Origin: Eledone cirrhosa
Lineage: Eukaryota
Assembly: GCA_964016885.1 (NCBI GenBank)
Contig: OZ024742.1
Coordinates: 348,378,001-348,442,000, forward strand
Reading direction: 5' to 3'
DNA: 64,000 nucleotides
The notes under the pieces were generated by a model that made no database searches, was not told the DNA's origin, and worked only from the letters and a program-made list of their open reading frames with translations. The position numbers and the translations under genes are program-made. Below are positions 63,700 to 64,000 of the stretch, in pieces (the first letter of the stretch is position 1; each line of letters opens with the position of its first letter).

Positions 63700-63880
63700 T
63701 CGTTGTAGAGCCTGTAGCAGTGGAGACTTTCGGCGTTTTTGGCCCCTGGGTCACAACCCTACTCACTGCTATTGGAGCGGAGTTGGTTGCCCGCAGGTGC
63801 AAGCCCCGTGAGGTGGAGTGGCTGTTCCAGCACGTCTCCCTCGCCGTCCTCTGGGCAATGTATTCTCCATCCTGTTGGTG
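63700..63880 (+). mobile_element. CRE-clade LINE C-terminal endonuclease fragment
   Basis: VEPVAVETFGVFGP...PREVEWLFQHVSLAVLW. Confidence 0.7.
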
Positions 63881-64000
63881 GTCGAGAGTAAGAGGTGGAG
63901 GGTAAGTTAATTGGAGGTGGAAGATGCTAGTTCTCATGTCACATATTTCCTCTTCACATCCCACTTTCACTCATTCTATGTATTGTGAATTGGCAGTATC

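Overview
AT-rich, repeat-dense animal genomic DNA. The tRNA/CORE-type SINEs, RTE LINEs and (AT)n/(CA)n tracts suggest a coleoid cephalopod (Octopus-like); this is an inference. The only clear host gene is the last four exons of a CaMKIV-like kinase on + (6574-15012). The rest is fragments of RTE, R4/Dong, CR1-like, CRE-like, Ingi-like and Penelope retroelements, SINEs, TTAA-target (piggyBac-type) MITEs, a MITE-derived 177-bp satellite and a ~15-kb composite satellite block (26.5-42 kb). The most unusual part is 44.7-49.3 kb. It holds a 420-bp tandem repeat with a well-formed type I hammerhead ribozyme in each full unit, a long-TIR foldback element, and a compact convergent cassette of a BACK-like ORF plus a 3-exon SGNH/GDSL hydrolase pseudogene with 57-58-nt introns. 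An inverted piece of the ribozyme repeat closes the block. Several palindromic elements carrying hammerhead motifs sit in (AT)n tracts elsewhere in the window. All protein-family calls are by eye from motifs, not from database searches.
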